NCBI GenBank assembly: GCA_947646915.1 | Contig: CANSII010000004.1 | Coordinates: 3,214 to 67,213, forward strand | Length of the DNA: 64,000 nucleotides | Reading direction: 5' to 3' | From: an uncultured Clostridium sp. | Lineage (GTDB): Bacteria; Bacillota; Clostridia; TANB77; CAG-508 | Shown here: one piece after another, positions 31,479 through 39,735 of the stretch | Numbering within the stretch: the first letter of the stretch is position 1 | How the letters are laid out: every line of letters starts with the position of its first letter | Notes under the pieces: model-generated | Databases searched by the model: none | What the model was told of the DNA's origin: nothing | Seen by the model: the letters and a program-made list of their open reading frames with translations, nothing else | Program-made: the position numbers and the translations under genes

Positions 31479-32942
31479 TTATCTAATTTTATATTCCAAA
31501 TATACATTTTCATCAATCTGTTTTAATTTTTCTAGCTGCCTCTTAGTAATATTTATAACATTGCCACAACAAGGTTTAAAATCTTTATTACCATATACTA
31601 ACCAAATAATATTTTCCCTTTTTAAATCTTCTTTTGGCATTGTTCCAGGGCAAGGATAACCATCAGTAAAAACTATTTTATTTATCTCTCTTTTTTTGGT
31701 AAATGACCTAACTGCTAAATCCCAATCTTCTGTCCATGCTGAACTTCCACGAGCTTGCTCAGGAATAGTAAAGTTATCTATATCTTTTACATTTTTTATA
31801 TTTACAAATCCCCAAAATTTTTCATTGAAACATGCTACTCTTAATTTTGATTGTTTTAATAGTGGTTTCAATTGTCTTAAAAATGCTTTTACTAATTCTA
31901 AACTTACTGAACCTGAAACATCAATCATAATTTCTGTTTCAGCCTCATCTTCTATGTCATATTCTTCTAATCTATATGCATAATTATTTTCTGCAATAGA
32001 TCTACGATTACTCCAAATTGTTTCAGATTTTTCTATTTCTTTTCTTACCATAGTTTTCCAATCAATTTCTTGACTACTATGCCCTATATTTTCTAATTTA
32101 ATGTTTTTATCATTACTTATTATACTCTTTTTAGTCTTTTCACTATTTTTCTTAAATTTTTCTCTTTTTTCTTTTCTATTATTTTCAAATTCCTCTCTTT
32201 CATCAAAAGTTGTCCCTGTTTCATTTTCTACTTCATTTTTACTTGAAGCTTGTTCTTTTGATTTTTTTACTTGTTTTGAACTTTTTTCCATTTCTTTATC
32301 TTCTTGTTGTTGCTTCTTAAAAGCCTCCTCCCATAAACTATGGTCATCACCTTGCCCTTTTTCTTTATCCTGATCTTGCTTTTGTTCATTACCTTGCCCT
32401 TTTTCTTGCTCCTGATCTTGCTTTTGTTCATTACCTTGCCCGTTTTCTTGCTCCTGATCTTGCTTTTGTTCATTACCTTGCCCGTTTTCTTGCTCCTGAT
32501 CTTGCTTTTGTTCATTATTTTTTCTTTCTAATAATATCTGATAAAATTCCTCTGCTGAATAATTTAATGCTTCTGGCATATTTACATATCCTTTTTTAAC
32601 AGTAAAACCATCTCTTTCTAAATTTGCATTTATAATAGCATCAGTTGCTATATTCCAAAGCTCATCATCTCTCTTTTTCCCATTTTTATCCAATAATCTA
32701 TACATATGTAAAAATTTAATGTGCAATATTTCATGTGCAATTAAAAATAATTTATCATTTTCATTCAAACTTGCAAAATAGTTTGGATCAACATAAATAT
32801 TTTCTCCATCAGTTGCTGCAGTATGATATTTTAAGTTTTCACTATACTCAATATTGATATTAGCTACATCACTACCAAATCTTGGATATTTTGCTAACAT
32901 TTTTCGTTTAATATCATAAATCAAATCTGTATTAGTATCCAT
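31479..32942 (-). CDS. HExxH metallopeptidase-like + vWA (MIDAS DxSGS) protein, DUF2201-type partner of MoxR-like ATPases
   Basis: 487 aa, RBS AAGGAGG. N-terminal LIAHEILHIKFLH, a central E/K/Q-rich linker with four 14-aa repeats, and a C-terminal IMIDVSGSVS vWA-like domain. Confidence 0.75.
   Translation of the reverse strand: MDTNTDLIYDIKRKMLAKYPRFGSDVANINIEYSENLKYHTAATDGENIYVDPNYFASLNENDKLFLIAHEILHIKFLHMYRLLDKNGKKRDDELWNIATDAIINANLERDGFTVKKGYVNMPEALNYSAEEFYQILLERKNNEQKQDQEQENGQGNEQKQDQEQENGQGNEQKQDQEQEKGQGNEQKQDQDKEKGQGDDHSLWEEAFKKQQQEDKEMEKSSKQVKKSKEQASSKNEVENETGTTFDEREEFENNRKEKREKFKKNSEKTKKSIISNDKNIKLENIGHSSQEIDWKTMVRKEIEKSETIWSNRRSIAENNYAYRLEEYDIEDEAETEIMIDVSGSVSLELVKAFLRQLKPLLKQSKLRVACFNEKFWGFVNIKNVKDIDNFTIPEQARGSSAWTEDWDLAVRSFTKKREINKIVFTDGYPCPGTMPKEDLKRENIIWLVYGNKDFKPCCGNVINITKRQLEKLKQIDENVYLEYKIR
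32349..32516. repeat. 4 x 42-bp in-frame tandem repeat inside the vWA gene
   Basis: Unit ACCTTGCCC(T/G)TTTTCTTGCTCCTGATCTTGCTTTTGTTCATT at 32349, 32391, 32433 and 32475. Encodes (NEQKQDQEQENGQG)n on the minus strand. Confidence 0.9.
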
Positions 32943-32974
32943 TTTGTATTACCTCCTTAACAACATCTGTAATT

Positions 32975-33340
32975 TTAAAATGCAACTACACAAAAATGAT
33001 ATAGTTCTTTTGATATTTTTTTTAATGATTCTTTATCTTCAACAGTAAGGACTATAATCACATCTTTTGGTAAATTATAGCCATAATATTCTCTGTCTTT
33101 AACTATTTGGTAATATTTGTTTTGTGTATTTTCATCTATTTTATCTATTCCAATAATTATAAAATAATTTAATTCTTCATTATTAAATATTTTTTCTTTA
33201 AAATAGGTAATTAATTCATTATCATTTATATTTGCATTAATAACAACTTTTGAATTTAACTTATTATAATCTTCATTTGAAATTACAACACAAGTTGCAT
33301 TACAGCCTTTTTGTAATTCTATTAATTCTTTATCAATCAT
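32975..33340 (-). CDS. hypothetical protein (DGR/AAA+ operon member)
   Basis: 121 aa, RBS AGGAGA. Co-directional between the 152-aa ORF and the vWA gene. Confidence 0.5.
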   Translation of the reverse strand: MIDKELIELQKGCNATCVVISNEDYNKLNSKVVINANINDNELITYFKEKIFNNEELNYFIIIGIDKIDENTQNKYYQIVKDREYYGYNLPKDVIIVLTVEDKESLKKISKELYHFCVVAF

Positions 33341-33438
33341 CTTAAATTTTCTCTCCTTTTATATTTATTTTTACACTTTTTAATTTTAAAATTGCTACAC
33401 TTCACAGCCAATATTAGCCTTAATATAAAAAGTGTTTT

Positions 33439-33897
33439 CTATAATGTAAAAAAATTTAATATTTTGTTAATAACTTTTTTAAATAAACTTTCTTTATTAC
33501 AAATTGCCATACTTGTCCCTGTTTCTCTTACATTTTGAACTTTTACTAATTGCTGACTTTCTATTTTATCTTTAAAAATATTGTTCACATCATACTTTTC
33601 ATTTACTTCTACTTTTTCTATATGTTTTTCATGAATTAAATTTTTATATTTTATTCGTTCTGATTCATTGCACCACCAAGTAATATAAATAAATCCTAAA
33701 AGCTCTCTAGTTTGTTTTCTTAAATTAAAACCATCTAATGGATATTCATGATTAAAATTTACTTGATAACTTTTATTTGATATTTCTGTTAAAAACTTTA
33801 TAAAGCTTTGTGGTATTTTACTTACAGCGTCTTTATCTGTATGATTTAGTATATCTAATACTTCTACTGCTGCTTCACTATATTCAATATTTGTCAT
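33439..33897 (-). CDS. hypothetical protein (DGR/AAA+ operon member)
   Basis: 152 aa from ATG 33897 (GAGGTG RBS). Overlaps the stop of the AAA+ target gene by 14 nt, suggesting translational coupling. Confidence 0.5.
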   Translation of the reverse strand: MTNIEYSEAAVEVLDILNHTDKDAVSKIPQSFIKFLTEISNKSYQVNFNHEYPLDGFNLRKQTRELLGFIYITWWCNESERIKYKNLIHEKHIEKVEVNEKYDVNNIFKDKIESQQLVKVQNVRETGTSMAICNKESLFKKVINKILNFFTL

Positions 33898-36100
33898 TTT
33901 CTTCACCTCTATCTTTATCTTTTGTTAAAAAAGTATTATACATTTGTCCAATTTTTGTATATGATGATACTCCATCTTGCGCATATTCTTTTGTTTCGTT
34001 TTCATTATGTAATGATGAAGATAATTCTTGTAATTCACTTATTTTTTCCATTCTTCTTTCATCTTTTCCAGCCCAATATATATCATAAATTGACAAATAT
34101 TCTGGATCACAATATTTTCTAATAAATTCTCTACATACTTCAACTTGACTTTCATTAGCAGTTAATAATGCCATTATATATGCATATCTTTCATTTATAT
34201 TTTCAGGTAAATCTGCTTCACTATATCCTTTTCCGATTCCTTCTACTACTTCTTCTGGTGTTAATGTTGGAAGATTATAATAATCAAAAAACTCCTCTGC
34301 CCATTCTAAACGTAATTTTGAGTCTATTGATCTTTTAAGTATATCCTCAACATCTTTTCCTTCATATTTTCCTGATTCCAAGTTTTTTTCAAAATTATAT
34401 AATGTATTTGAAATTGATGCCCAACCACGTGGATCATTCGTCCTTCCCTTACAATCATTTTCATCAAGCTTTTGTTCTCCTACTTCAGGCTCTTCGTAAA
34501 AATATCCCATATTTTTGATATCTTCACTTTTTCCATTATTCAAATAATTTGATAATATATATCCTATAACCATTGGATGAATTTTTCGTGGAATTGCATA
34601 ATCTGTTATCCACTCTCCTACTTTTGGTTTCATATCTAATATATGGTCAAATCTCTTCTCTAATGGCTCTGCTAATTCTTCTGCAACATTTGAATATTTC
34701 TTTTGATTTCCAGTTGCTACAACTACTACATTATCTGGTAATTTTAATCCATTACCTATTTCTACTATTCTATTTAATACTAAGGTATATACTAAACTTT
34801 GAACAGCAGGTTTAACATTCAACAGCTCATCTAACAAAATTACTACTTTTTTATCACTTGTCTTAGATCTTTTATAAACTGTATCAGCTATTTTATATAT
34901 ATTCTGAATATTTTCTTCAATTAATTTTTTCTCTTCTTCAGTTGCTTCTTGCATAATAGCTGTTTTGGCAAAATCTGGTGGAATGCTTTGTCCTGTTTGT
35001 AAATTAGTTGAACCTACTACTTTTTCTGGAAACATGTTGTTTGTTAATTTCATATATATTAAATCTGGATATAATGATTTAATTCTTTCTGTTTTTCCTA
35101 TTCCAGATGGTCCTCTAAGTAATACTGATTCTCCTGATTCAATCCAATTATGTATTATTTCAGTATCAGTCATTTTAGTTCTATCAGTATAATTAGTTTT
35201 ATCTGGATTTAATTTCTCTATTCTAGACTTCTTTTTCTTATTTTCTTCTGTTTTCTCAGGTTCTTTTTCTAAACTTCCTATACTTTTTACCTGTTCTAAA
35301 TCTTTAGAAAAATTTTCATCCATAAATTCTTTTATAAATACTTTGTCAAAATTCTCTGTTTCATAATCACTTATCTCATTAAATTGTACACCTGCAAAAA
35401 TTATTTTATCAGCTAACATAATTCTTGCTTTTTCATCAACTAACCATTTTACTGGAGCAACTTCAATCCAAACATAATCTCCCCTATTATATTCTTCTCC
35501 ATTTGAAAGAGTAACTTTATTATAACATGAATTTGCTTTAACTCTTATATATCTCTTTCCATTATACTCATATTCTATATGAACTTGTGGTTCAAATGAT
35601 TCATCATATTCATCATATTTTTTTGAATCTGTTATATAACTATTTCCATTTAGTGAAATAGTTTTGTTTTTATATTCTTTTTCTAACTTTCTTTGCATGT
35701 CCTTTGAAGCAGCTTTTTGAGGATAATATCCATATTCTACTTCAAGGAAACCATCACTTGCTCTTCTCCCACTCTCTCCGTTCGTGGGGATTGATCTGAT
35801 TGATGAGAACGGTAAAGCTGGGCGTGCCCCAACATTACGTCTATCAACTCTACATCAAAGTCTAGAACCATTATAGTCAACCGCGCGCGCGTCGTGATCG
35901 TCATCATCAGATTTAGTCCAATATATGCCAGTTCTTCCCTCTAAAAAACTATCATCTCCTATATGATCATCATTAGAAACTATACCACCTAAAAGTATAG
36001 AAAAATCTGTGATTGCTGCCTTTACACCTCTTTTTTTTAATATATCTAATTGTTCATCCTCAAAGCATTGCTCTTGTGTCAAAAAAGTAAATTTTTCCAT
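33884..36100 (-). CDS. DGR target: N-terminal variable (VR-bearing) module fused to a MoxR/AAA_5-like AAA+ ATPase; one in-frame TGA at 35855..35857
   Basis: ORFs 35855..36100 (81 aa, strong AGGAGG RBS) and 33884..35698 (604 aa, no good RBS) are in the same frame. A single TGA and 52 open codons separate them. Walker A LLRGPSGIGKTE, Walker B VVILLDELLN. The VR covers codons 70-95. No signal peptide or TM. Confidence 0.85.
35818..35893 (-). repeat. DGR variable repeat (VR)
   Basis: 76-bp gapless match to 37513..37588. 9 of the 10 mismatches fall at TR adenines on the coding strand. Starts with GACGCGCGCGCGG and ends with GGGGCACGCCCAG. Confidence 0.9.
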
Positions 36101-36198
36101 ATCAATTTCCTCCTAATAATTATACTACTATATTTTTACAAAATTCTCTTTTTTATTTTTTTCCATTTTATCACATCTATTATTTTTTTGGAATAGTT

Positions 36199-37239
36199 TT
36201 ACATTTTTTTTTGTGGAAAAGTATCATTTTTTAATTTTTGACTTTCTTTTGTATCTTTTATATGATTATAAAAAGCATTTTTTCTAATGTAAACATATTC
36301 TTCATCAACAATATCTTTATTTCTCAATTTATTTAATACTTTTAAGTGTTTTATTAATCTTTGTTTAGATGATGCACGTAATTTTCTTGTTATACTACCA
36401 TTTTCATTTAAAATATGTCTATATCCCAAAAAGTCTATTCCATTTTTTACAATTCCTATTTGTGTTTTTTGATTAAGTTCCAATTTTAACTCTTGTTTAC
36501 ACTTTTCTTCAATCTTAAAAAGAGCATTTTGTAAAAAGCTCTTATCTCTATGAATTAATATCATATCATCCATATAACGAACATATCCTTTTACTCTTAA
36601 TTCCTCTTTAATAAATCTATCAATTACATTTAGATAAAAAAGTGCAAACCATTGACTTGATTGATTTCCAAGTGGTAATCCAATATCTGCATTATTAGGT
36701 TGCTCTTTTATTAATTTTTCTATTAACCACATCTCATCACTTGAAAATTTTATATTTTTCAATAAATTTAATAAAACTTCATGATTTATACTTTGAAAAT
36801 ACTTTTTAATGTCACATTTTAAAAAATAAATTTTATGATTTTGCTCTTTTCTATATTCATCTCTTAAAAACTTTTCTAGCCTTTTAATTGCAAATGTAGT
36901 CCCTTTACCTTTTCTACAAGCTGCATTATCAAATATTAGTTTTTTCTCTATTTTATGTTTTAATATTACATCACAAAAACATTTTATAACTACTCTATCT
37001 TTAAAAGGTAATGCTTCTATTATTCTTTCTTTTGGTTCATGTATTAAAAATACCTTATATTTTCCTAATTTATACTTTTTAGAAGTTATTTCTTGTATTA
37101 AATTACTAATATTAGTAGATAAACTTGCTTCAAATCTAATTACTTCCCCTTTATGTTGCTTTGATTTTCTACAGTCTTTATATGCTTCATATAAATTGTT
37201 AAATGTAAAAATTTCTTCTAAAATCATATTTAAGTTCAT
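36199..37239 (-). CDS. DGR-type reverse transcriptase
   Basis: 346 aa. RT motifs include LPLGNQSSQWFALFYLN (the DGR-characteristic G...SQ in motif 4) and YVRYMDDMIL (YxDD). No maturase or endonuclease domains. Confidence 0.93.
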   Translation of the reverse strand: MNLNMILEEIFTFNNLYEAYKDCRKSKQHKGEVIRFEASLSTNISNLIQEITSKKYKLGKYKVFLIHEPKERIIEALPFKDRVVIKCFCDVILKHKIEKKLIFDNAACRKGKGTTFAIKRLEKFLRDEYRKEQNHKIYFLKCDIKKYFQSINHEVLLNLLKNIKFSSDEMWLIEKLIKEQPNNADIGLPLGNQSSQWFALFYLNVIDRFIKEELRVKGYVRYMDDMILIHRDKSFLQNALFKIEEKCKQELKLELNQKTQIGIVKNGIDFLGYRHILNENGSITRKLRASSKQRLIKHLKVLNKLRNKDIVDEEYVYIRKNAFYNHIKDTKESQKLKNDTFPQKKM

Positions 37240-37600
37240 TCCCTTCGTTTGCGATTATTATTCTTTGAAAATAAAAAGTTTCATAGTGTTTCCTTCCCAA
37301 CACAATCAAAAAGAATGCCCCTTATAACTCACAAAAAATAGTTTTCTATTTGTTGTTTGTGTAAGCATTCATATTCTTCCACCGCACTATTTCTTTAGCG
37401 GTTAGAAAAGAGAAAAATTCCTTCACTTTAAAATACTGATATATTTACCTTAAAATATATTTCTCTGATTCTTTTTTAAACCCACTTTTAAAAGGATTTA
37501 CCAAAAGTGAATCTGGGCGAGCCCCAACATTACGTTTATTAACTTTATATCAATTTCTATTACCATTATAGTTAACCGCGCGCGCGTCAAAGCAGACGGG
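37240..37600 (-). ncRNA. DGR template RNA (TR 37513..37588 plus TR-RT spacer)
   Basis: Non-coding interval between avd and RT containing the TR. On the RNA, a hairpin CACTTTTGG...AAAAGTG (about 37484..37510) immediately follows the TR, and a second hairpin CCGC/GCGG lies near 37381..37405. Confidence 0.6.
37513..37588 (-). repeat. DGR template repeat (TR)
   Basis: GACGCGCGCGCGGTTAACTATAATGGTAATAGAAATTGATATAAAGTTAATAAACGTAATGTTGGGGCTCGCCCAG on the minus strand. Rich in AAY codons in the target frame. Confidence 0.9.
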
Positions 37601-37659
37601 GCAACAAAAAACCACTAAATAAATTTTTCTCTTAATTAAAAGCCTTTCAGCTTAAAATC

Positions 37660-38241
37660 CTAACTTCGTTTTTTCCATCTTTCATCATCACTCTTTTTCC
37701 ATGCTATTGTCAAGTTAATTGCTTCAGATAATTGTAATGAAATTTGCTTGTATTGTTTATTTAGTATACATCCAAAGTTTTCTGCTACCATAGAAACATA
37801 TCCTAATAATTTTAATTTTACTATTGCCTCTTTTTGAAGCTCTTCTCTTTTTACTTTCTTTTCTATTGCATCCATTCTAATAAAATTTGCTTCTAATAAT
37901 ACTTCTAATGTATCAAGACAATAGTTTTGCATTCTATTTACAAATACACCTCTATATTTTTTTGGCGATTTTTCTGTAACTGCAATTGTATATGCTGTTA
38001 GCTTCTTTACTACTGTTATTACCATCAAATCATTTGCATTAAATGGTATTTTATTTATTTCTTCTAACTCATTATCATTTGCTACACTTTCAGTAACTTG
38101 CTTTTTATTAAACCTTTTATTCTCTGCTGTAGCAATTGCTTGCTTAACAGCAACTTTATCTTCTACACTATTTTCAGTTCCATTGTAATTTTCTAATTTT
38201 TTAGGTATTTTCAAATTACTATCTCTACTTACTTGTATCAT
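37660..38241 (-). CDS. avd: DGR accessory variability determinant (Avd-like four-helix-bundle protein) with ~70-aa N-terminal extension
   Basis: 193 aa, RBS AAGGAG. The C-terminal ~120 aa (VVKKLTAYTIAVTEKSPKKYRGVFVNRMQNYCLDTLEVLLEAN...basic tail WKKSDDERWKKRS) look Avd-like. Located immediately 5' of the TR. Confidence 0.75.
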   Translation of the reverse strand: MIQVSRDSNLKIPKKLENYNGTENSVEDKVAVKQAIATAENKRFNKKQVTESVANDNELEEINKIPFNANDLMVITVVKKLTAYTIAVTEKSPKKYRGVFVNRMQNYCLDTLEVLLEANFIRMDAIEKKVKREELQKEAIVKLKLLGYVSMVAENFGCILNKQYKQISLQLSEAINLTIAWKKSDDERWKKRS

Positions 38242-38407
38242 TTTTATTCTCCTTATATTGCTCTATTTTTTAGTACAATTTTTGTTCCATTTAAATTCTT
38301 TGTTTACTTTAAAGCATTTATTGTATAATTAACATTTATAGCAAAACGATTATATACTTTTTTATATAATCGTTTGTTAATATTCACAGCCTTAAAAATA
38401 ATTACAG

Positions 38408-38556
38408 AAAAGGTTATAAATATAATATTTAAATTGAGTTCGACCATGAGTTGTTTTTCACTTTAATCAATTATAGTGTGTATCTAAAATATGAATATTC
38501 AGTATATTAAACACCTTGGAGAAAGGAAATCTTAAATATTATATTTATAACCTTTT
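38408..38556 (+). repeat. Intergenic core-hairpin repeat, copy 9 (complete, Q-type arms)
   Basis: AAAAGGTTATAAATATAATATTTAAATTGAGTTCGACCATGAGTTG...TTATAGTGTGTATCTAAAATATGAATATTCAGTATATTAAACACCTTGGAGAAAGGAAATCTTAAATATTATATTTATAACCTTTT. Confidence 0.85.
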
Positions 38557-38604
38557 TATGTTAAGTTTAATATTGGCTGTGAATTGTAACAATCATTCTA
38601 AAAT

Positions 38605-39294
38605 TTATCTTAAAAACATTATTAATCCAAATACAATAATTTTAAATATAATTAAAGAAAAAATTTGAAAATTAACACATTTAATACCAACATCATTTAA
38701 CTCATCATATTTACTTATCATATTATTAATTTCATCTTTAGAAGAAATTTTTTGATTTTCCATATATTCTTTTGCTAAAAATTTCGCTTTAATCATAGCA
38801 TCATTTTCTAAAAACATTCTAACAGAATACTGTACTAACCCTAATATGGCTAATATAGTTAAAAACATCATACTATTTGGTAAGATGTTAAAAAACTCTA
38901 AAATACAAATTACAAAAAAGTATAAATTAAATATGTTAGAAAATATAAAATTAAACCATAATAATTTTTTGCTTTGTACAGAATGTAAACATTCATGTGC
39001 CAATGTTTGTATTCTTGTAAAATTATTTTTTAAATTGGCTATAAAAATTTTATTTCCCATTACAAAATACATTGTTGTATTTGCATCTTGCTGTTCTTCT
39101 ATTTTTACATCTTCATTTTTTAACATTTTTAAATATGTTTTACATATATCTATATTCTCTGGATATTTTTCAGCTATTTTGTTTAATTCTTCATTTTGTG
39201 TTATCTCTTTTAGTTTATTTACATTTGCACCAAAAACATATTTTAATACGAAAAACATTACCATAACAATAATAAATATAACAAAAAATTCCAT
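38605..39294 (-). CDS. multi-TM protein with HExxH motif (putative membrane zinc metalloprotease)
   Basis: 229 aa from ATG 39294 (RBS CAGGAGGAT). Motif LAHECLHSVQ. The ORF-track extension to 39381 runs into the repeat array and is rejected. Confidence 0.55.
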   Translation of the reverse strand: MEFFVIFIIVMVMFFVLKYVFGANVNKLKEITQNEELNKIAEKYPENIDICKTYLKMLKNEDVKIEEQQDANTTMYFVMGNKIFIANLKNNFTRIQTLAHECLHSVQSKKLLWFNFIFSNIFNLYFFVICILEFFNILPNSMMFLTILAILGLVQYSVRMFLENDAMIKAKFLAKEYMENQKISSKDEINNMISKYDELNDVGIKCVNFQIFSLIIFKIIVFGLIMFLR

Positions 39295-39336
39295 ACATAT
39301 CCTCCTGTTATCTATAAATAAAATATATATTATAAA

Positions 39337-39723
39337 TCCTAATAATATTAATTTGAAAAAACGAGTTTGACAGTGAGTCATTATTCACTCCAACCTTCTA
39401 TAGTGTGTATCTAAAATATGAATATTCCGTGTCTTAAACGCCTTGGAAAACGGAGTTTTTGAAAATTCATATTATTAGGATTTATAATATGAATTTGATA
39501 ATACGAGTTTGACAGTGAATCATTATTCACTCCAACCTTCTATAGTGTGTATCTAAAATATAAATATTCCGTGTCTTAAACGCTTTGAAAAACGGAGTTT
39601 TTGAAAATTCATATTATCAGGATTTATAATATGAATTTGATAATACGAGTTTGACAGTGAATCATTATTCACTCCAACCTTCTATAGTGTGTATCTATAT
39701 TATGAAAATTCATATTATTAGGA
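39337..39723 (+). repeat. Tandem array of three core-hairpin repeat units (copies 10-12, P-type arms, 142-bp period; third unit has a truncated core)
   Basis: Units begin at 39337, 39481 and 39623. Each carries (A/T)CGAGTTTGACAGTGA(G/A)TCATTATTCACTCCAACCTTCTATAGTGTGTATCTA. The first two continue to CGTGTCTTAAACGC(C/T)TTG(G/A)AAAACGGAGTTTTTGAAAATTCATATTAT. Confidence 0.9.
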
Positions 39724-39735
39724 TATAAACTTTAA

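Larger units (their letters stand above)
35818..38241 (-). mobile_element. Diversity-generating retroelement core (avd - TR - RT - VR)
   Basis: Co-linear avd, template repeat, reverse transcriptase with DGR-type motifs, and a cognate VR with adenine-specific differences. Confidence 0.9.

Noticed and set aside
32267-32531. ORFs 32267..32515 (-) and 32340..32531 (+) with striking periodic K-rich or L-rich sequences.
   Set aside because: They are alternative-frame or antisense readings of the 42-bp tandem repeat inside the vWA gene, not independent genes.
35855-35857. Explaining the in-frame TGA of the DGR target by an alternative genetic code (TGA as Trp or Gly) or by selenocysteine.
   Set aside because: The agrA/agrC junction uses an ATGA stop-start overlap. 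gerAB-type, DUF4912-like and other genes end in TGA. Large conserved genes (rnr, typA, pgk) contain no internal TGA. No SECIS-like hairpin is evident directly downstream.
39295-39381. N-terminal 29-aa extension of ORF 38605..39381.
   Set aside because: The extension starts inside repeat unit 1 of the tandem array. An internal ATG at 39294 has a CAGGAGGAT RBS and is followed directly by the first TM helix.
39337-39723. Possible CRISPR array, because of regularly spaced repeats.
   Set aside because: The units are 142 bp and directly abutting, with no unique spacers. They belong to the dispersed intergenic repeat family. No cas genes are in the window.
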